NCBI GenBank assembly: GCA_028286905.1
Contig: JAQBQP010000001.1
Location: 79,114 to 143,113 of the forward strand
DNA length: 64,000 bases
Origin: Candidatus Doudnabacteria bacterium
GTDB taxonomy: Bacteria > Patescibacteriota > Doudnabacteria > UBA920 > VMFF01
Reading direction: 5' to 3'
The position numbers were made by a program, and so were the translations under genes. The notes beneath the pieces were generated by a model. The model did no database searches and had not been told where the DNA came from. It worked only from the letters and a program-made list of their open reading frames with translations. Every line of letters starts with the position of its first letter. Positions within the stretch are counted from its first letter, which is position 1. Of this stretch, positions 9,168-19,748 are shown in pieces.

Positions 9168-10229
9168 ATGCCTTTATCTAAGCCATTTTTGCACGCAATT
9201 AAACTGCATTTCCCCTATCAAAACCAAATAAATCGTCTGAGCAAACAATTCAATGTCGATTATGAAAAAGCGTGGTATTCACTACTATCGAAAGGAAAAG
9301 TACGAGGAAATCCATTGAAAGAATGGGCTAATTTGCAACTATCCGATATAAAAACCGTGGCGATCGACGAAGCTGAATATCCCTATGCTCTAAAAGAAAT
9401 TAGCGATCCTCCAACGTTACTCTATTATAGAGGAGCTTTGCCACCTGAAGCGCTAAATCTGGCAATTGTCGGGAGCAGAAAGATTAGCAGTTATGGCACT
9501 CAGGCTGTTAACACTATTATCCGCCCTTTGGCCTTACAAAAAATTAATATTATTTCTGGACTAGCACACGGAGTTGATGCGCATGCGCATCAGAAGGCGC
9601 TCGAGCTTCAACTAAAGACCTTTGCGATTCTGGGTTCAGGTATTGATCAATTAAGTGTTTATCCTTCTCAAAATAGAGATCTAGCTATTCAAATAATAAA
9701 AGCTGGCGGAGGGTTAATCTCAGAGCTTCCTCCAGGAAGCCCTGCAACCGCGGCCAACTTCCCAATGAGAAACAGAATTATCTCCGGCTTAAGCCAAGCG
9801 ATAATAATTGTGGAAGCAACTTATAAAAGCGGCGGTTTGATTACTGGCAAACTAGCCTTGGAACAAAATAGAGATATTTTTGCAGTACCTGGAAATATAT
9901 TCGATGCTCAATCCGAAGGTACAAATCATCTATTAAAACTTGGGGCCAAAGTAATTACATCTGGCCAAGACATTCTAGATGAATACGCTTTGAAAAATAT
10001 CCAAATCCCGCAATTGCCAATTGGTTACTCCTTATCCGAAATTGAGAAGAAAGTTTTAAGTTGCTTAACTATAAAGGCAATCCATTTTAATGAAATTATT
10101 AAACGCTCAGAGTTAAGCGCTTCCCAAGTAAATACCGCTGTGATTATGCTTGAGCTCAAAGAAATAATTAGCACTTTTCCAGGTCAAAGGTATGCACTCA
10201 ATTTGACAGTATCTTCTAAGTCTGGCTAA
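9168..10229 (+). CDS. dprA: DNA-processing protein DprA
   Basis: YP..LKEI.DPP.LL, AIVGSR, SGLAHGVD, FPMRNRIISGL, VEA..KSG.LIT, C-terminal winged helix; upstream of topA. Confidence 0.97.
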   Translation: MPLSKPFLHAIKLHFPYQNQINRLSKQFNVDYEKAWYSLLSKGKVRGNPLKEWANLQLSDIKTVAIDEAEYPYALKEISDPPTLLYYRGALPPEALNLAIVGSRKISSYGTQAVNTIIRPLALQKINIISGLAHGVDAHAHQKALELQLKTFAILGSGIDQLSVYPSQNRDLAIQIIKAGGGLISELPPGSPATAANFPMRNRIISGLSQAIIIVEATYKSGGLITGKLALEQNRDIFAVPGNIFDAQSEGTNHLLKLGAKVITSGQDILDEYALKNIQIPQLPIGYSLSEIEKKVLSCLTIKAIHFNEIIKRSELSASQVNTAVIMLELKEIISTFPGQRYALNLTVSSKSG

Positions 10230-10285
10230 ACTCTTAAAGTAATTAATAGCTTCGCGGATTCATTTTGAACTCGAAGAGGATAAAA

Positions 10286-12508
10286 ATGGCAAAAACATTA
10301 GTTATCGTTGAGTCCCCTACAAAAGCAAAAACCATTTCAAGATTCCTTGGAAAAAATTTCGACGTCCAAGCGTCTTTTGGTCATGTCCGCGATTTACCCA
10401 AAAGCAAAATGGGTATTGATATTAAAAATAACTTCGAGCCTACCTATACAATTCCAGTGAAATCCAAAGAAGTCATCGCCGATCTTAAAGCTCGAGCCGA
10501 CAAAGCTTCCGGCGTGATATTGGCAACTGACGAAGATCGCGAAGGGGAAGCAATTGCTTGGCATTTGATTTCCGCCTTGAAACTAAAGGGTTCACCAAAG
10601 AGAATTGTATTTCACGAAATCACAAAAACGGCTATTGATAGTGCCTTGGAACATCCGCGCAACTTAGATTTAAACTTAGTTGATGCGCAACAAGCCCGAC
10701 GAATTTTGGATCGACTAGTTGGATACGAATTATCCCCTTTCATCTGGAAAAAGGTTCGTTATGGCCTATCTGCTGGTCGCGTTCAATCTGTGGCAATGCG
10801 TTTAATCGTGGAGCGCGAACGTGAAATTGAAAAGTTCATCAAAGAAGAATATTGGTCTATTGATGCAAATTTTATTAAGAACAAGCTCGGCTTTGCTGCA
10901 AAACTTAATAAGATTGATGACAAGAGCCTAGCAAAGTTTGATATCAATAATACCACCTCTGCCACTGAAATAGTTACCGACCTTAAAGATGCTAAATATG
11001 TTGTCGAAGAAATTACAAAAAAAGAAGTAAGTCGCAATCCATCTGCTCCTTTTATCACCTCTACTTTACAGCAAGAAGCGGCCCGCAAATTTGGCATGTC
11101 TGCCAAACAAACAATGGTTATCGCCCAGCAACTTTACGAAGGAATCAATATCGGCGAAGAAGGTCATACCGGTTTAATTACATACATGCGTACCGATTCT
11201 GTAAATCTTTCGGAGCTAGCTTTAAACCAAGCTGCTGAAGTTATTACCCAACGCTTTGGCAAAGAGTATTATTTTGGGAGCCATCGAAAATTTAACACTA
11301 AATCAAAAAATGCCCAGGAAGCACACGAGGCAATTCGTCCATCAGACTTAATGCGTCATCCGGATGATCTTAAACAATACTTAGACAGAGGTCAGCAAAA
11401 AATTTATGACATCATTTGGAAAAGAACCGTGGCCAGTCAAATGGCTGAAGCAATCTTTGATTCAACAGCTGTAGATATTACTGCCCAAGGTATTTCTAAG
11501 AAAGGTTATAACTTCCGCGCAAATGGCCAAGTTGTTAAATTTGAAGGTTTTATCAAGGCTTATACTGAAGGTAAGGATGAAGAAGACAGCGAAGTAGAAG
11601 GGCAACTTCCAGAATTAGAAAAAGGTGAGAAGCTAGAACTGACCGAGCTTGTGCCTAACCAACATTTCACCGAGCCCCCAGCTAGGTATTCTGACGCCAC
11701 TTTGATTAAAGCATTAGAAAGCCACGGTATTGGTCGTCCATCAACTTACGCACCTACCCTATCAACTATCCAAGATCGTGGTTACGTTGATAAGATCGAA
11801 AAGAAGTATAAACCAACTGAGGTTGGCGTATTGGTGAATGATTTACTGGTTGAGCATTTCCCTCAAATTGTCGACATCAATTTTACTGCTAAGATGGAAA
11901 GCGATTTAGATGAAGTTGCTGAAGGAACTGTAAAATGGCAGCCAATTATCAAAGAATTCTACGATCCTTTCAAAAAACTGATTGATGAAAAAACTGAGGA
12001 AGTAGAAAAACAGATTCAAGTATCGGAGACCCCTTGCCCACACTGCGGGAAACCAATGATTATAAAGTTCGGACGATTTGGAAAATTCTTGGCATGCCCA
12101 GAAGGTGAAAAGATTACCAAACCAATGCCGGAAGAAGAAGCGCAGATCAAAGCACTCGAAGAAAAGACTCAAGGCGAACTATGCCCTCTCTGTGGTGGGC
12201 CAATGCGCATTCACAAAGGACGCTTCGGTTTCTTTCTCGGCTGCGCCCGATACCCCGAATGCAAAGGCATCAAAAAAATCCTAACTAAAATTGGCTACAA
12301 ATGTCCAAACTGTGGGATTGGAGATGTCGTTGAAAAGAAAGCCCGCGGACGTGGTCAGCCGTTTTATTCGTGTTCGCGTTATCCTGATTGCGAATTTATC
12401 ATCAACAAAAAACCTGAAAGTGAAGCAGAGTTAAAAGAACTTTGGGAAGCACAAAAGCTTAAACCCAAAAAAGCAAAGAAGGTTTATAAAAAGAAAACCG
12501 CAAAATAA
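10286..12508 (+). CDS. topA: DNA topoisomerase I
   Basis: LVIVESPTKAKTI, ATDEDREGEAI, SAGRVQS, ITYMRTDS, C-terminal Zn ribbons. Confidence 0.99.
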   Translation: MAKTLVIVESPTKAKTISRFLGKNFDVQASFGHVRDLPKSKMGIDIKNNFEPTYTIPVKSKEVIADLKARADKASGVILATDEDREGEAIAWHLISALKLKGSPKRIVFHEITKTAIDSALEHPRNLDLNLVDAQQARRILDRLVGYELSPFIWKKVRYGLSAGRVQSVAMRLIVEREREIEKFIKEEYWSIDANFIKNKLGFAAKLNKIDDKSLAKFDINNTTSATEIVTDLKDAKYVVEEITKKEVSRNPSAPFITSTLQQEAARKFGMSAKQTMVIAQQLYEGINIGEEGHTGLITYMRTDSVNLSELALNQAAEVITQRFGKEYYFGSHRKFNTKSKNAQEAHEAIRPSDLMRHPDDLKQYLDRGQQKIYDIIWKRTVASQMAEAIFDSTAVDITAQGISKKGYNFRANGQVVKFEGFIKAYTEGKDEEDSEVEGQLPELEKGEKLELTELVPNQHFTEPPARYSDATLIKALESHGIGRPSTYAPTLSTIQDRGYVDKIEKKYKPTEVGVLVNDLLVEHFPQIVDINFTAKMESDLDEVAEGTVKWQPIIKEFYDPFKKLIDEKTEEVEKQIQVSETPCPHCGKPMIIKFGRFGKFLACPEGEKITKPMPEEEAQIKALEEKTQGELCPLCGGPMRIHKGRFGFFLGCARYPECKGIKKILTKIGYKCPNCGIGDVVEKKARGRGQPFYSCSRYPDCEFIINKKPESEAELKELWEAQKLKPKKAKKVYKKKTAK

Positions 12509-12511
12509 TAC

Positions 12512-12553
12512 TATAAAAACAAAGAGCTGCGAAAGCAGCTCTTTGTTTTTATA
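12512..12553. terminator. Bidirectional intrinsic terminator between topA and ndh
   Basis: TATAAAAACAAAGAGCTGC-gaaa-GCAGCTCTTTGTTTTTATA perfect 19-bp stem. Confidence 0.9.
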
Positions 12554-12557
12554 GGCT

Positions 12558-13796
12558 TTAGTCATTCTTTGTATAAAGCTTCGTTTCAAACCAAGCGTAG
12601 CTTATGGCTTTATTTAGAGGCATCAGTCGATTATAGTAACGAACATTTGCAAATATTTTTGCCAGCCAAGGAATAAAGCCAGTCATCGTAAAGCCATTTG
12701 GCAATGACAACACTGCCCACTTCCCTTTGATTGGAATTATAAAAGGAGAAGACTCCGCAACAAATGTCGGAGGTTTTTTATTCTGTATCCGGGCAGTCAA
12801 AGCACTCACAACATAATCAGAATGCATTATTGCCTGAGTCGCGGTTTGCGGTAGAGGCGTATTATGTTTATCCATAATACAAGCGTTATCGCCAATTAAA
12901 TAAATATTGTTATAACCAGTCATTGTTAAATCTGGTTCGGTCATGCAACGATGCTTTCGATCAGTTTTGCCGGGTTCTGCCATCGGTACATCAACGCTCT
13001 TAACCCCTCCGGTCCAAACCAACAAATCATAGCTAATCATCTCGCCATTGTTCAAAGTGATTAATTTTGGAGCGACATTAGTAATCATACTATTCAGCAT
13101 CACGCTAACATCAAAATTTTTCAAACGATGCAAAACTGCGCCGCTCACTACCGCAGACATTCCTGGAATTAACTGCCCAGAGCCTTCGATAATTTCGATT
13201 TGAATTCGCTCTAAAGGATAATGGTATTTCCAGGAAACAATGTCCACTAAATTAATTAGCTCTCCTGCTAGTTCTACTCCGGTGAAACCTCCGCCAGCTA
13301 TGACTATTCGCAAGAGTTTTTTGATACTATCCTGCCGATGCGATTCGACTAAGAATTCTACCGCGTTTTTTATCTTTAAAGCATCATTAACAGATTTCAT
13401 CGTTAAAGAATTTTCGGCAACACCTGGAATACCAAAAAAATCGATAGTAGAACCTAGCGCTACCACCAAGTAATCATAGGCCAGTTCCTTACCATCGACT
13501 TTTATTGTATTGTTTTTTTGAGAAATCATTTCCAAACTGCCGCGAACAAACTGAATCGCAGTCGGAAGCAATTCCTTAAAAGGCAGCACTAAGCTTTTCT
13601 TTAAATCCTTAATTGAAGTAAATTCTTCTTCAGCACTTGCTACTTCGTAAAGATTTGGGTAATACAAATGATAATCTTGCTTATCAACAAGAATTATTTT
13701 TGAATCTTTATTATTAAGCCTTTTAGATAATCCTATGGCGGTATTGATTCCGCCATAACCTCCGCCCACTACTATGATTGTTTTTGATTTTTGCAT
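12558..13796 (-). CDS. ndh: Type II NADH dehydrogenase-like FAD-dependent oxidoreductase
   Basis: GGGYGG FAD motif, YDYLVVALGS, GGGFTGVELAGEL NAD motif, IGD, PQTATQA. Confidence 0.85.
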   Translation of the reverse strand: MQKSKTIIVVGGGYGGINTAIGLSKRLNNKDSKIILVDKQDYHLYYPNLYEVASAEEEFTSIKDLKKSLVLPFKELLPTAIQFVRGSLEMISQKNNTIKVDGKELAYDYLVVALGSTIDFFGIPGVAENSLTMKSVNDALKIKNAVEFLVESHRQDSIKKLLRIVIAGGGFTGVELAGELINLVDIVSWKYHYPLERIQIEIIEGSGQLIPGMSAVVSGAVLHRLKNFDVSVMLNSMITNVAPKLITLNNGEMISYDLLVWTGGVKSVDVPMAEPGKTDRKHRCMTEPDLTMTGYNNIYLIGDNACIMDKHNTPLPQTATQAIMHSDYVVSALTARIQNKKPPTFVAESSPFIIPIKGKWAVLSLPNGFTMTGFIPWLAKIFANVRYYNRLMPLNKAISYAWFETKLYTKND

Positions 13797-13821
13797 ACAA
13801 ATATTTTAACACAGATCCAAT

Positions 13822-15054
13822 TTACTCGTAACGCAAGGCTTCCATCGGGCTAAGTTTTGAGGCCTTGTTAGCGGGATATATTCCAAACACCAAACCAAAC
13901 AATGTACAAACACCAAAAGCTAATAAAATTGAACTAATAGAGACAATTGGCGTCCAATTCCCCAATGCGGCAATACCTAGTGCCCCGAGATAACCTAAAA
14001 TTATACCGACTACTCCACCAAAGACGGTCAAGACCACTGCTTCTATTAAAAACTGAGTGAGGATGTCTTTTCTTCTGGCGCCAATCGCTTTGCGCAAACC
14101 GATTTCCCGAGTGCGCTCAGTAACAGAAACTAACATGATATTCATGATCCCAATTCCGCCAACTAACAAAGATATTCCAGCAATCGCTCCTAAAAATATT
14201 GTCAAAATCGAAGTTATATTTGTAAGCAAGCTTAAAGCATCAGCTGGATTTTTAACACTGAAATCGGCTTTATCCGGGTCGCTAATTTTATGATTGCTTA
14301 ATAAAACTTTAGTGACCTCATCAGTTGCTTGAGGAATTACGCTTTCACTTCGAACTTGAACAGCAATGTTGTTGTAATAATTGATGCCTAGCAATAATTT
14401 TTGCGCTGTGCTCACAGGCACGATTACTTGGCCATCCTGATCCACTCCAAAAGCGCCTACCCCCTTCGCCTTCGCAACGCCCACAACTCTAAAGCTAACT
14501 TGTTTAATTTTTATTACTTTACCGACCGGATCTTCCACTCCAAACAAATCATCACTAATCGTTGAGCCTAAAATTGCAACCTGACTCATCCCATCAACAT
14601 CCGCTTTAGAAAACCATTCCCCAGATTTTAGAGGAACGTTTCGAACCGAGCCATAATTTTCATCTTCTCCTGCAACCGCACCCAGCTCTTCCTGATTGTT
14701 GTAGCTCAAAGTAAACTGTCCACGCACTTCTGGACTAACGTATTCAACATCTGGAGCCAGCGTTTTGTTTCTTAAAAATTTTACATCCTGGTCATTTAAG
14801 GAAGTAACGATAATGCCTTGTGCAGACGCTGGAGGTGAAAACTTAGATTTACCGCTGCCGCCAGGCAATACAAAGAGCAAATTTGAACCGATTCCTTTTA
14901 CCTGATTAACAATCAATTCCTGAGCACCTTGTCCCGCAGAAATTAAAACGATTACAGCCGTAATTCCAATAATAATTCCAAGCATTGTTAAGAATGATCG
15001 GGTTTTATTAAGTAGCAGAGCTTTGAAAGCAATTTTTATAGATTGAAAAAGCAT
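13822..15054 (-). CDS. MacB/FtsX-family ABC transporter permease
   Basis: RSFLTMLGIIIG, GGIGIMNIMLVSVTERTREIGLRKAIGA, PA.KASKL.P.EALRYE. Confidence 0.95.
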   Translation of the reverse strand: MLFQSIKIAFKALLLNKTRSFLTMLGIIIGITAVIVLISAGQGAQELIVNQVKGIGSNLLFVLPGGSGKSKFSPPASAQGIIVTSLNDQDVKFLRNKTLAPDVEYVSPEVRGQFTLSYNNQEELGAVAGEDENYGSVRNVPLKSGEWFSKADVDGMSQVAILGSTISDDLFGVEDPVGKVIKIKQVSFRVVGVAKAKGVGAFGVDQDGQVIVPVSTAQKLLLGINYYNNIAVQVRSESVIPQATDEVTKVLLSNHKISDPDKADFSVKNPADALSLLTNITSILTIFLGAIAGISLLVGGIGIMNIMLVSVTERTREIGLRKAIGARRKDILTQFLIEAVVLTVFGGVVGIILGYLGALGIAALGNWTPIVSISSILLAFGVCTLFGLVFGIYPANKASKLSPMEALRYE

Positions 15055-15055
15055 A

Positions 15056-15754
15056 TTATTTTCTGATGGTGTTTAAAATGTCAGAAACAATTTCGCCATC
15101 CTTTAAGCGAATTATTCTTTTAGCATATGCCGCGACCTCTTCTTCGTGAGTAACAAAAATTAAAGTTCGTCCTTCGTCATTCAGTTTTTTAAAAATGCCC
15201 ATCACTTCTTCGGTGGATCGGCTGTCTAGATTTCCAGTTGGCTCATCAGCAAAAATAACTGCTGGATTATTTACCAACGCCCGTGCAATTGCAACGCGCT
15301 GCTGCTGTCCACCAGACAATTCTGAAGGATGGTGGTTCAATCTGCTTTCCAAACCGACTTGAACCAGCATTTCTTTGGAACGCTCCGCCATCTGTGCCAA
15401 AGTATATTTTCGGGCATATAACATTGGCAAGGCAACGTTATCTATTGCAGATGTACGTGCTAACAAGTTAAATGCTTGAAAAACGAAACCAACTTTCTGA
15501 TTGCGAATTTCTGAAAGCGCATCTGCGGGCAATTCGGTGATTTCTTGATTATCGAAAAAGTATTTACCAGAACTGGCACTGTCCAAAAACCCGATCACGT
15601 GCATCAAAGTGGATTTACCAGAACCAGAAGCGCCCATTACAGCAACAAACTCCCCTGCTTGAATTTCAAGGTTTATATCCTTAAGCGCCGCGACTTCATT
15701 GTCCTCTCCGTTATTGTAAACCTTTCGAACATGCTCCATCTTAATTAATGCCAT
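15056..15754 (-). CDS. ABC transporter ATP-binding protein (MacB/LolD type)
   Basis: [33 protein letters not shown]. Confidence 0.96.
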   Translation of the reverse strand: MALIKMEHVRKVYNNGEDNEVAALKDINLEIQAGEFVAVMGASGSGKSTLMHVIGFLDSASSGKYFFDNQEITELPADALSEIRNQKVGFVFQAFNLLARTSAIDNVALPMLYARKYTLAQMAERSKEMLVQVGLESRLNHHPSELSGGQQQRVAIARALVNNPAVIFADEPTGNLDSRSTEEVMGIFKKLNDEGRTLIFVTHEEEVAAYAKRIIRLKDGEIVSDILNTIRK

Positions 15755-17331
15755 TAGCTTGCGGTTCCTTTATCTGCTGGGCCAGCTAAGATTGCGCCCG
15801 TTTGCAGTCCCGAAAGAACTTCGGTCATTGTGTCACCTGTAAGGCCGGTTGTAATTTCCACATCAGAAGCTGTGTTGCCGCTTAGAACACTTACAAACTT
15901 TTTCCCATCTACCGTTTTAATTAAGCGATTCGGTACAGCAATAGCATGATCTTTTTCTGCAATTAAAATAGTAAGGTTAACGGTCATGCCTGGTTTAATA
16001 GTATTGTCGTTCGGAATAGAAGAGATAACTCGATAATTAATAATTCCGGAAACCACTGTTGACGCAGGGTCAATTGATAAGATTGCACCGCTAAAATGTT
16101 TATCGGGACCGAAGGCGTCCATGGTCATATCTACGCTTTGTCCTTGTTGGACCTGAGAAATTGAAGATTCGGAAATATTTGTTTCAACGTGCAAAGAAGT
16201 TTGATCCAAAACTACCACGGCCGATTTTTGGGGAATAATATTTTCTCCGAGCTTTAAATCAACAGCGGTAACTATCCCGTCGATCGGAGAAGTTATAACA
16301 TTATTGCTGTATTGGTTTTGAGCACTTTGTAATTGTGCATTTGCCGTTTCAATTTGCGCCTGGGCGGCTTGCAAATCCTCTGGACGAGCAGAAGACTGTT
16401 TCAAAGCAAGCTGCGCTTTCGCTTGGTCTAAAGCAGCCTGTGCCGAATCAATCGCACCGCTAGCGCTAGTTACTGCTTGGCTTTGATTTTGAAGTGCGGC
16501 TTGATACGCATTTTGCGCTGTTAAATATGTGGAGGATTGGGTGTTTGGCACATCAATAGTCCAATAGTCGCTAGGTGATAAAATTCCAGATGCGCTCAGA
16601 GTAAAATAAAGTCCGCGCGTTCCAAGCGGAGCGGGAACTCCTCGATTTAGGAAACCGCTGCTACTATCTGTGCCACCCACTGCGTTATAGTATGCGCCAT
16701 TGCCTGTGGAGGAGAAGGTTACTTTGTACTGGACGATTTCTGTAGAACTATAGGTGCCTGAAACTGTAAAGATTGCAGTACCCGTGTTGTTAATTCCTGC
16801 GGTACCCGCCAATCCCGAATTAAACATTGCCGATTGGGCGTTTGAAACTACAACCTTCTGCTGAGCAACCACAGAATTATAGGAATTTTTCGCGTTATCT
16901 AAAGCAACCTGAGCCGCGCTAACCGCAGCCTGGCTGACAGTAACTTCGGCTCCTGAAGCGCCGTTCAAAACTTTATTATAATTTGCTTTTGCAGCCAACA
17001 AGGAAGCAGACGCTTGGTTGATGGCAGCGCTGACATCTTTTTGATCGAGCATTGCTAAAACCTGCCCAGTCCGAACTTTGTCTCCGACACTAACATTTAG
17101 CTTTTTAAGAACCCCGCCATTTTTAAAACTAAGGTTTAAATTTGATTGAGAAGTTACTGTTCCAGTTGCTAACACGCTTTGCTTAATGTCTTCTTCTTGA
17201 ACCGTATGCACTGCCACAAAAGCAGCTTTGTTTTTCGAAGACTGAATGCGCCAGCCAATGATTACTACTATTAATACTGCTACACCGATCCAAATATATC
17301 TTCTTTTCATAAAATTAATTAAGTTTTGCAT
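15754..17331 (-). CDS. Efflux periplasmic adaptor (MacA/HlyD-like membrane fusion protein)
   Basis: TM anchor, lipoyl halves (VSVGDKVRTGQVLA and SPIDGIV), long coiled coil, KPGMTV. Confidence 0.9.
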   Translation of the reverse strand: MQNLINFMKRRYIWIGVAVLIVVIIGWRIQSSKNKAAFVAVHTVQEEDIKQSVLATGTVTSQSNLNLSFKNGGVLKKLNVSVGDKVRTGQVLAMLDQKDVSAAINQASASLLAAKANYNKVLNGASGAEVTVSQAAVSAAQVALDNAKNSYNSVVAQQKVVVSNAQSAMFNSGLAGTAGINNTGTAIFTVSGTYSSTEIVQYKVTFSSTGNGAYYNAVGGTDSSSGFLNRGVPAPLGTRGLYFTLSASGILSPSDYWTIDVPNTQSSTYLTAQNAYQAALQNQSQAVTSASGAIDSAQAALDQAKAQLALKQSSARPEDLQAAQAQIETANAQLQSAQNQYSNNVITSPIDGIVTAVDLKLGENIIPQKSAVVVLDQTSLHVETNISESSISQVQQGQSVDMTMDAFGPDKHFSGAILSIDPASTVVSGIINYRVISSIPNDNTIKPGMTVNLTILIAEKDHAIAVPNRLIKTVDGKKFVSVLSGNTASDVEITTGLTGDTMTEVLSGLQTGAILAGPADKGTAS

Positions 17332-17770
17332 TGTTCTTTTTTAACTGTTTAATCATCTTGTCCGGTAGAGAAATAAGTAACTCTCTTTCGTCATTGCTTA
17401 AGGCTTTTAAAATAAACTCCATGTGCTTGGCGTGCGCTTGTTTGAACTCTTCGAATTTTTTTAGCCCTTTAACAGTAAGGCTGACCTTCACCATTCGCCG
17501 ATCATCAGGATCAGTCTGTCTTTGAAGTATCCCAATTTTTTGTAGACCTTCGACCATTTGAGTGGCTGCGCTGCTGGTTACACCCATTGTCGCTGCTATT
17601 TCCTTTACGGTTAGAATTCGGCGATCCCCTAGGGCATAAAGAATTTCTACTTGTTGATGAGTTAATCCAAAGCGCTTAATGAAGTTATGTCGACGGCCAC
17701 CCATTGCTTGGTGCAATGAGGTCATCGCTTCAAAAAAGCGCTGAACCTGTTCTTTTAATTTATTAGTCAT
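17315..17770 (-). CDS. MarR-family transcriptional regulator
   Basis: GLT..Q..IL, TVKEIA..MGVTSSAAT..V..L, DPDDRR.V.V.LT.KG. Confidence 0.93.
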   Translation of the reverse strand: MTNKLKEQVQRFFEAMTSLHQAMGGRRHNFIKRFGLTHQQVEILYALGDRRILTVKEIAATMGVTSSAATQMVEGLQKIGILQRQTDPDDRRMVKVSLTVKGLKKFEEFKQAHAKHMEFILKALSNDERELLISLPDKMIKQLKKNNAKLN

Positions 17771-17793
17771 ATTATGTTAGTTACTAACATAAT
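17771..17793. promoter_or_regulatory. Probable MarR operator
   Basis: Perfect inverted repeat ATTATGTTAG-tta-CTAACATAAT immediately before the marR start codon. Confidence 0.7.
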
Positions 17794-17902
17794 AACCCAA
17801 TTCTACCAATTAAACAAGATTGATTACTAGCTTAATCAACGGGGTTGAGTTTTTCCAAGCTTTATTGTAAAATATCAGAGTTATATAAAATCTAATAGAT
17901 AT

Positions 17903-17978
17903 GGGATGGTAGCTCAGTTGGTAGAGCAGCGGCCTTTTAAGCCGTTTGTCGAGGGTTCGATCCCCTCCCATCCCACCA
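17903..17978 (+). tRNA. tRNA-Lys (anticodon TTT)
   Basis: Cloverleaf GGGATGG/CCATCCC acceptor stem, AGCTCAGTTGGTAGAGC D-arm, CTTTTAA loop, GTTCGATC, encoded CCA. Confidence 0.97.
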
Positions 17979-18012
17979 AAAAAATGTCTCGATATTAATC
18001 GAGACATTTTTT
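17979..18012. terminator. Intrinsic terminator after tRNA-Lys
   Basis: AAAAATGTCTCGAT-att-aATCGAGACATTTTT hairpin. Confidence 0.8.
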
Positions 18013-18556
18013 ATTCCAACCTGCTATGGTCCGAGACATGCCGCCCTACAATAACCAGAAAAACTATTGGCAGCAGCAACCAAACAAATACAGAAGTATT
18101 ATTTATGAATACGAACTTAACCAGCGGTGCGAAAGTATCTTTTATTTCTGGAGGCAGGAATGTAAAGATCACGCTTATTAAAAAACCGACCTGAAGAAAA
18201 GCAAAGACCAAAGAGAAAAACCAAGAACTAAAGCCTCTGCTTTCCACTGAAGTACGAAAGACAAACTTTGAAAGAATCAGAAATAAGAATGCAAATAAGA
18301 TCAGAAATGTAACTAAACGTGCCAAATAAACTGCAGCGCCGAGCTTACTGCCCACCGCAGCGCTTAAAAACGGCGCTTGGATCACCAATAATTCAGACAT
18401 ATACACCGAAACCAAAATGCTTATAATCCTGCCTCGTCCGGCAGAAAACGAATATATGATAGAAACAATAATCCAAGCAAAGAAAATGAAAGCATCCCAG
18501 CTTGGATTATGAAAGTTCACCGTGTGTAATAAATTTGCGTAACTATTGGTATCCAT
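18011..18556 (-). CDS. Hypothetical integral membrane protein (about 5 TM, CvpA-like topology)
   Basis: Several hydrophobic helices, native codon usage. Confidence 0.75.
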   Translation of the reverse strand: MDTNSYANLLHTVNFHNPSWDAFIFFAWIIVSIIYSFSAGRGRIISILVSVYMSELLVIQAPFLSAAVGSKLGAAVYLARLVTFLILFAFLFLILSKFVFRTSVESRGFSSWFFSLVFAFLQVGFLISVIFTFLPPEIKDTFAPLVKFVFINNTSVFVWLLLPIVFLVIVGRHVSDHSRLE

Positions 18557-18644
18557 TTTTGTTTCAAAAACTTTTGTATAAAAATATTATACCATAAACC
18601 TAATTAAAAATCCCGCCCTGATCAGCGACCAAGACGGAATTTCA

Positions 18645-19748
18645 TTATTCCACTTCTTCTAATTGTTTCAAGAGCTCTTTCTGCTTCTTTGAAAGCTTCT
18701 CCGGAACTTTAATATTCACAGTAACATACATATTTCCACGGCCGGAACGGTTTAAATGCGGCACTCCCTTATCCGCTACTTTGAAGACCTTCCCAGGCTG
18801 TGTTCCATTCGGAATTTTAATCTTTACTGTTCCATCAATAGTATTAGTTTCAATTGTTGTTCCTAAAGCCGCTTGGCTATAACTGATATCGGCATCTTTA
18901 TATATGTCCGACCCTTCTCTTCTAAACTGCGGGTCAGGTGTGACTCGAATCGATATATATAAGTCCCCAGTAGCAGAGCCACGATAGCCAGCCTCACCTT
19001 CGCCTTTAACCCGAATACGTTGGCCATTATCAATTCCGGCGGGAATAGAAATCTTAATAGTCTTCCTTCCACGCTTAACCCCTTCACCCTTACATTCGGT
19101 GCAAGGAATTTCTGGAATTTTTCCGCTACCTTCACAACGATCGCAAACCGCAGAAGAAGCAATTGTGCCCAATATCGTTCTGCGAGTAGTTTTTATTTGC
19201 CCCTGGCCATGACATTTTGGACACGTAATTAGTTTGCTGCCAGGCTCTGCACCGCTGCCTTCACAACGCTCGCATCTATTTTTCTTTTCTAGAGTAATCT
19301 CTGTTTCTGTTCCAAATGCTGCTTCTTTAAAAGATATTGTTAAAGGCATCTCTAAATCAACGCCGCGATTTCTTCTTTCCGCGCTTTCTGGATCTCCACC
19401 GAACATACTGGAAAGGATGTCTTCAAACCCGAAACTTCCGCCAGCGTTGCCAAAGCCGCCTTCAAAGCCAAAGCCTTCAAAAGGATTACCGCCCGCTGCG
19501 CCGTTAAAACCTCCGCCAAAGCCGCCCTGTCTTTGCGCTTGATCAAAAGTCTGTCCGTACTGATCATATTGGCTACGTTTGGTGCTATCGGATAAAACCT
19601 GGTAAGCCTCATTGATTTCTTTGAACCGGTTCGAATCGCCACCGCGATCCGGATGATGCTCTCCTGCTAATTTTCGATAAGCGCGTTTAATATCGTCTGC
19701 AGAAGCAGATTTTTGCACACCCAAGATTTCGTAAAAATTTTTAGCCAT
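18645..19748 (-). CDS. dnaJ: Chaperone DnaJ
   Basis: J domain HPD, G/F-rich region, four CxxCxGxG repeats. Confidence 0.98.
   Translation of the reverse strand: MAKNFYEILGVQKSASADDIKRAYRKLAGEHHPDRGGDSNRFKEINEAYQVLSDSTKRSQYDQYGQTFDQAQRQGGFGGGFNGAAGGNPFEGFGFEGGFGNAGGSFGFEDILSSMFGGDPESAERRNRGVDLEMPLTISFKEAAFGTETEITLEKKNRCERCEGSGAEPGSKLITCPKCHGQGQIKTTRRTILGTIASSAVCDRCEGSGKIPEIPCTECKGEGVKRGRKTIKISIPAGIDNGQRIRVKGEGEAGYRGSATGDLYISIRVTPDPQFRREGSDIYKDADISYSQAALGTTIETNTIDGTVKIKIPNGTQPGKVFKVADKGVPHLNRSGRGNMYVTVNIKVPEKLSKKQKELLKQLEEVE

Noticed and set aside
17810-18194. ORFs 17810-18007 (-) and 17946-18194 (+)
   Set aside because: They overlap tRNA-Lys and the antisense strand of a real gene; spurious.
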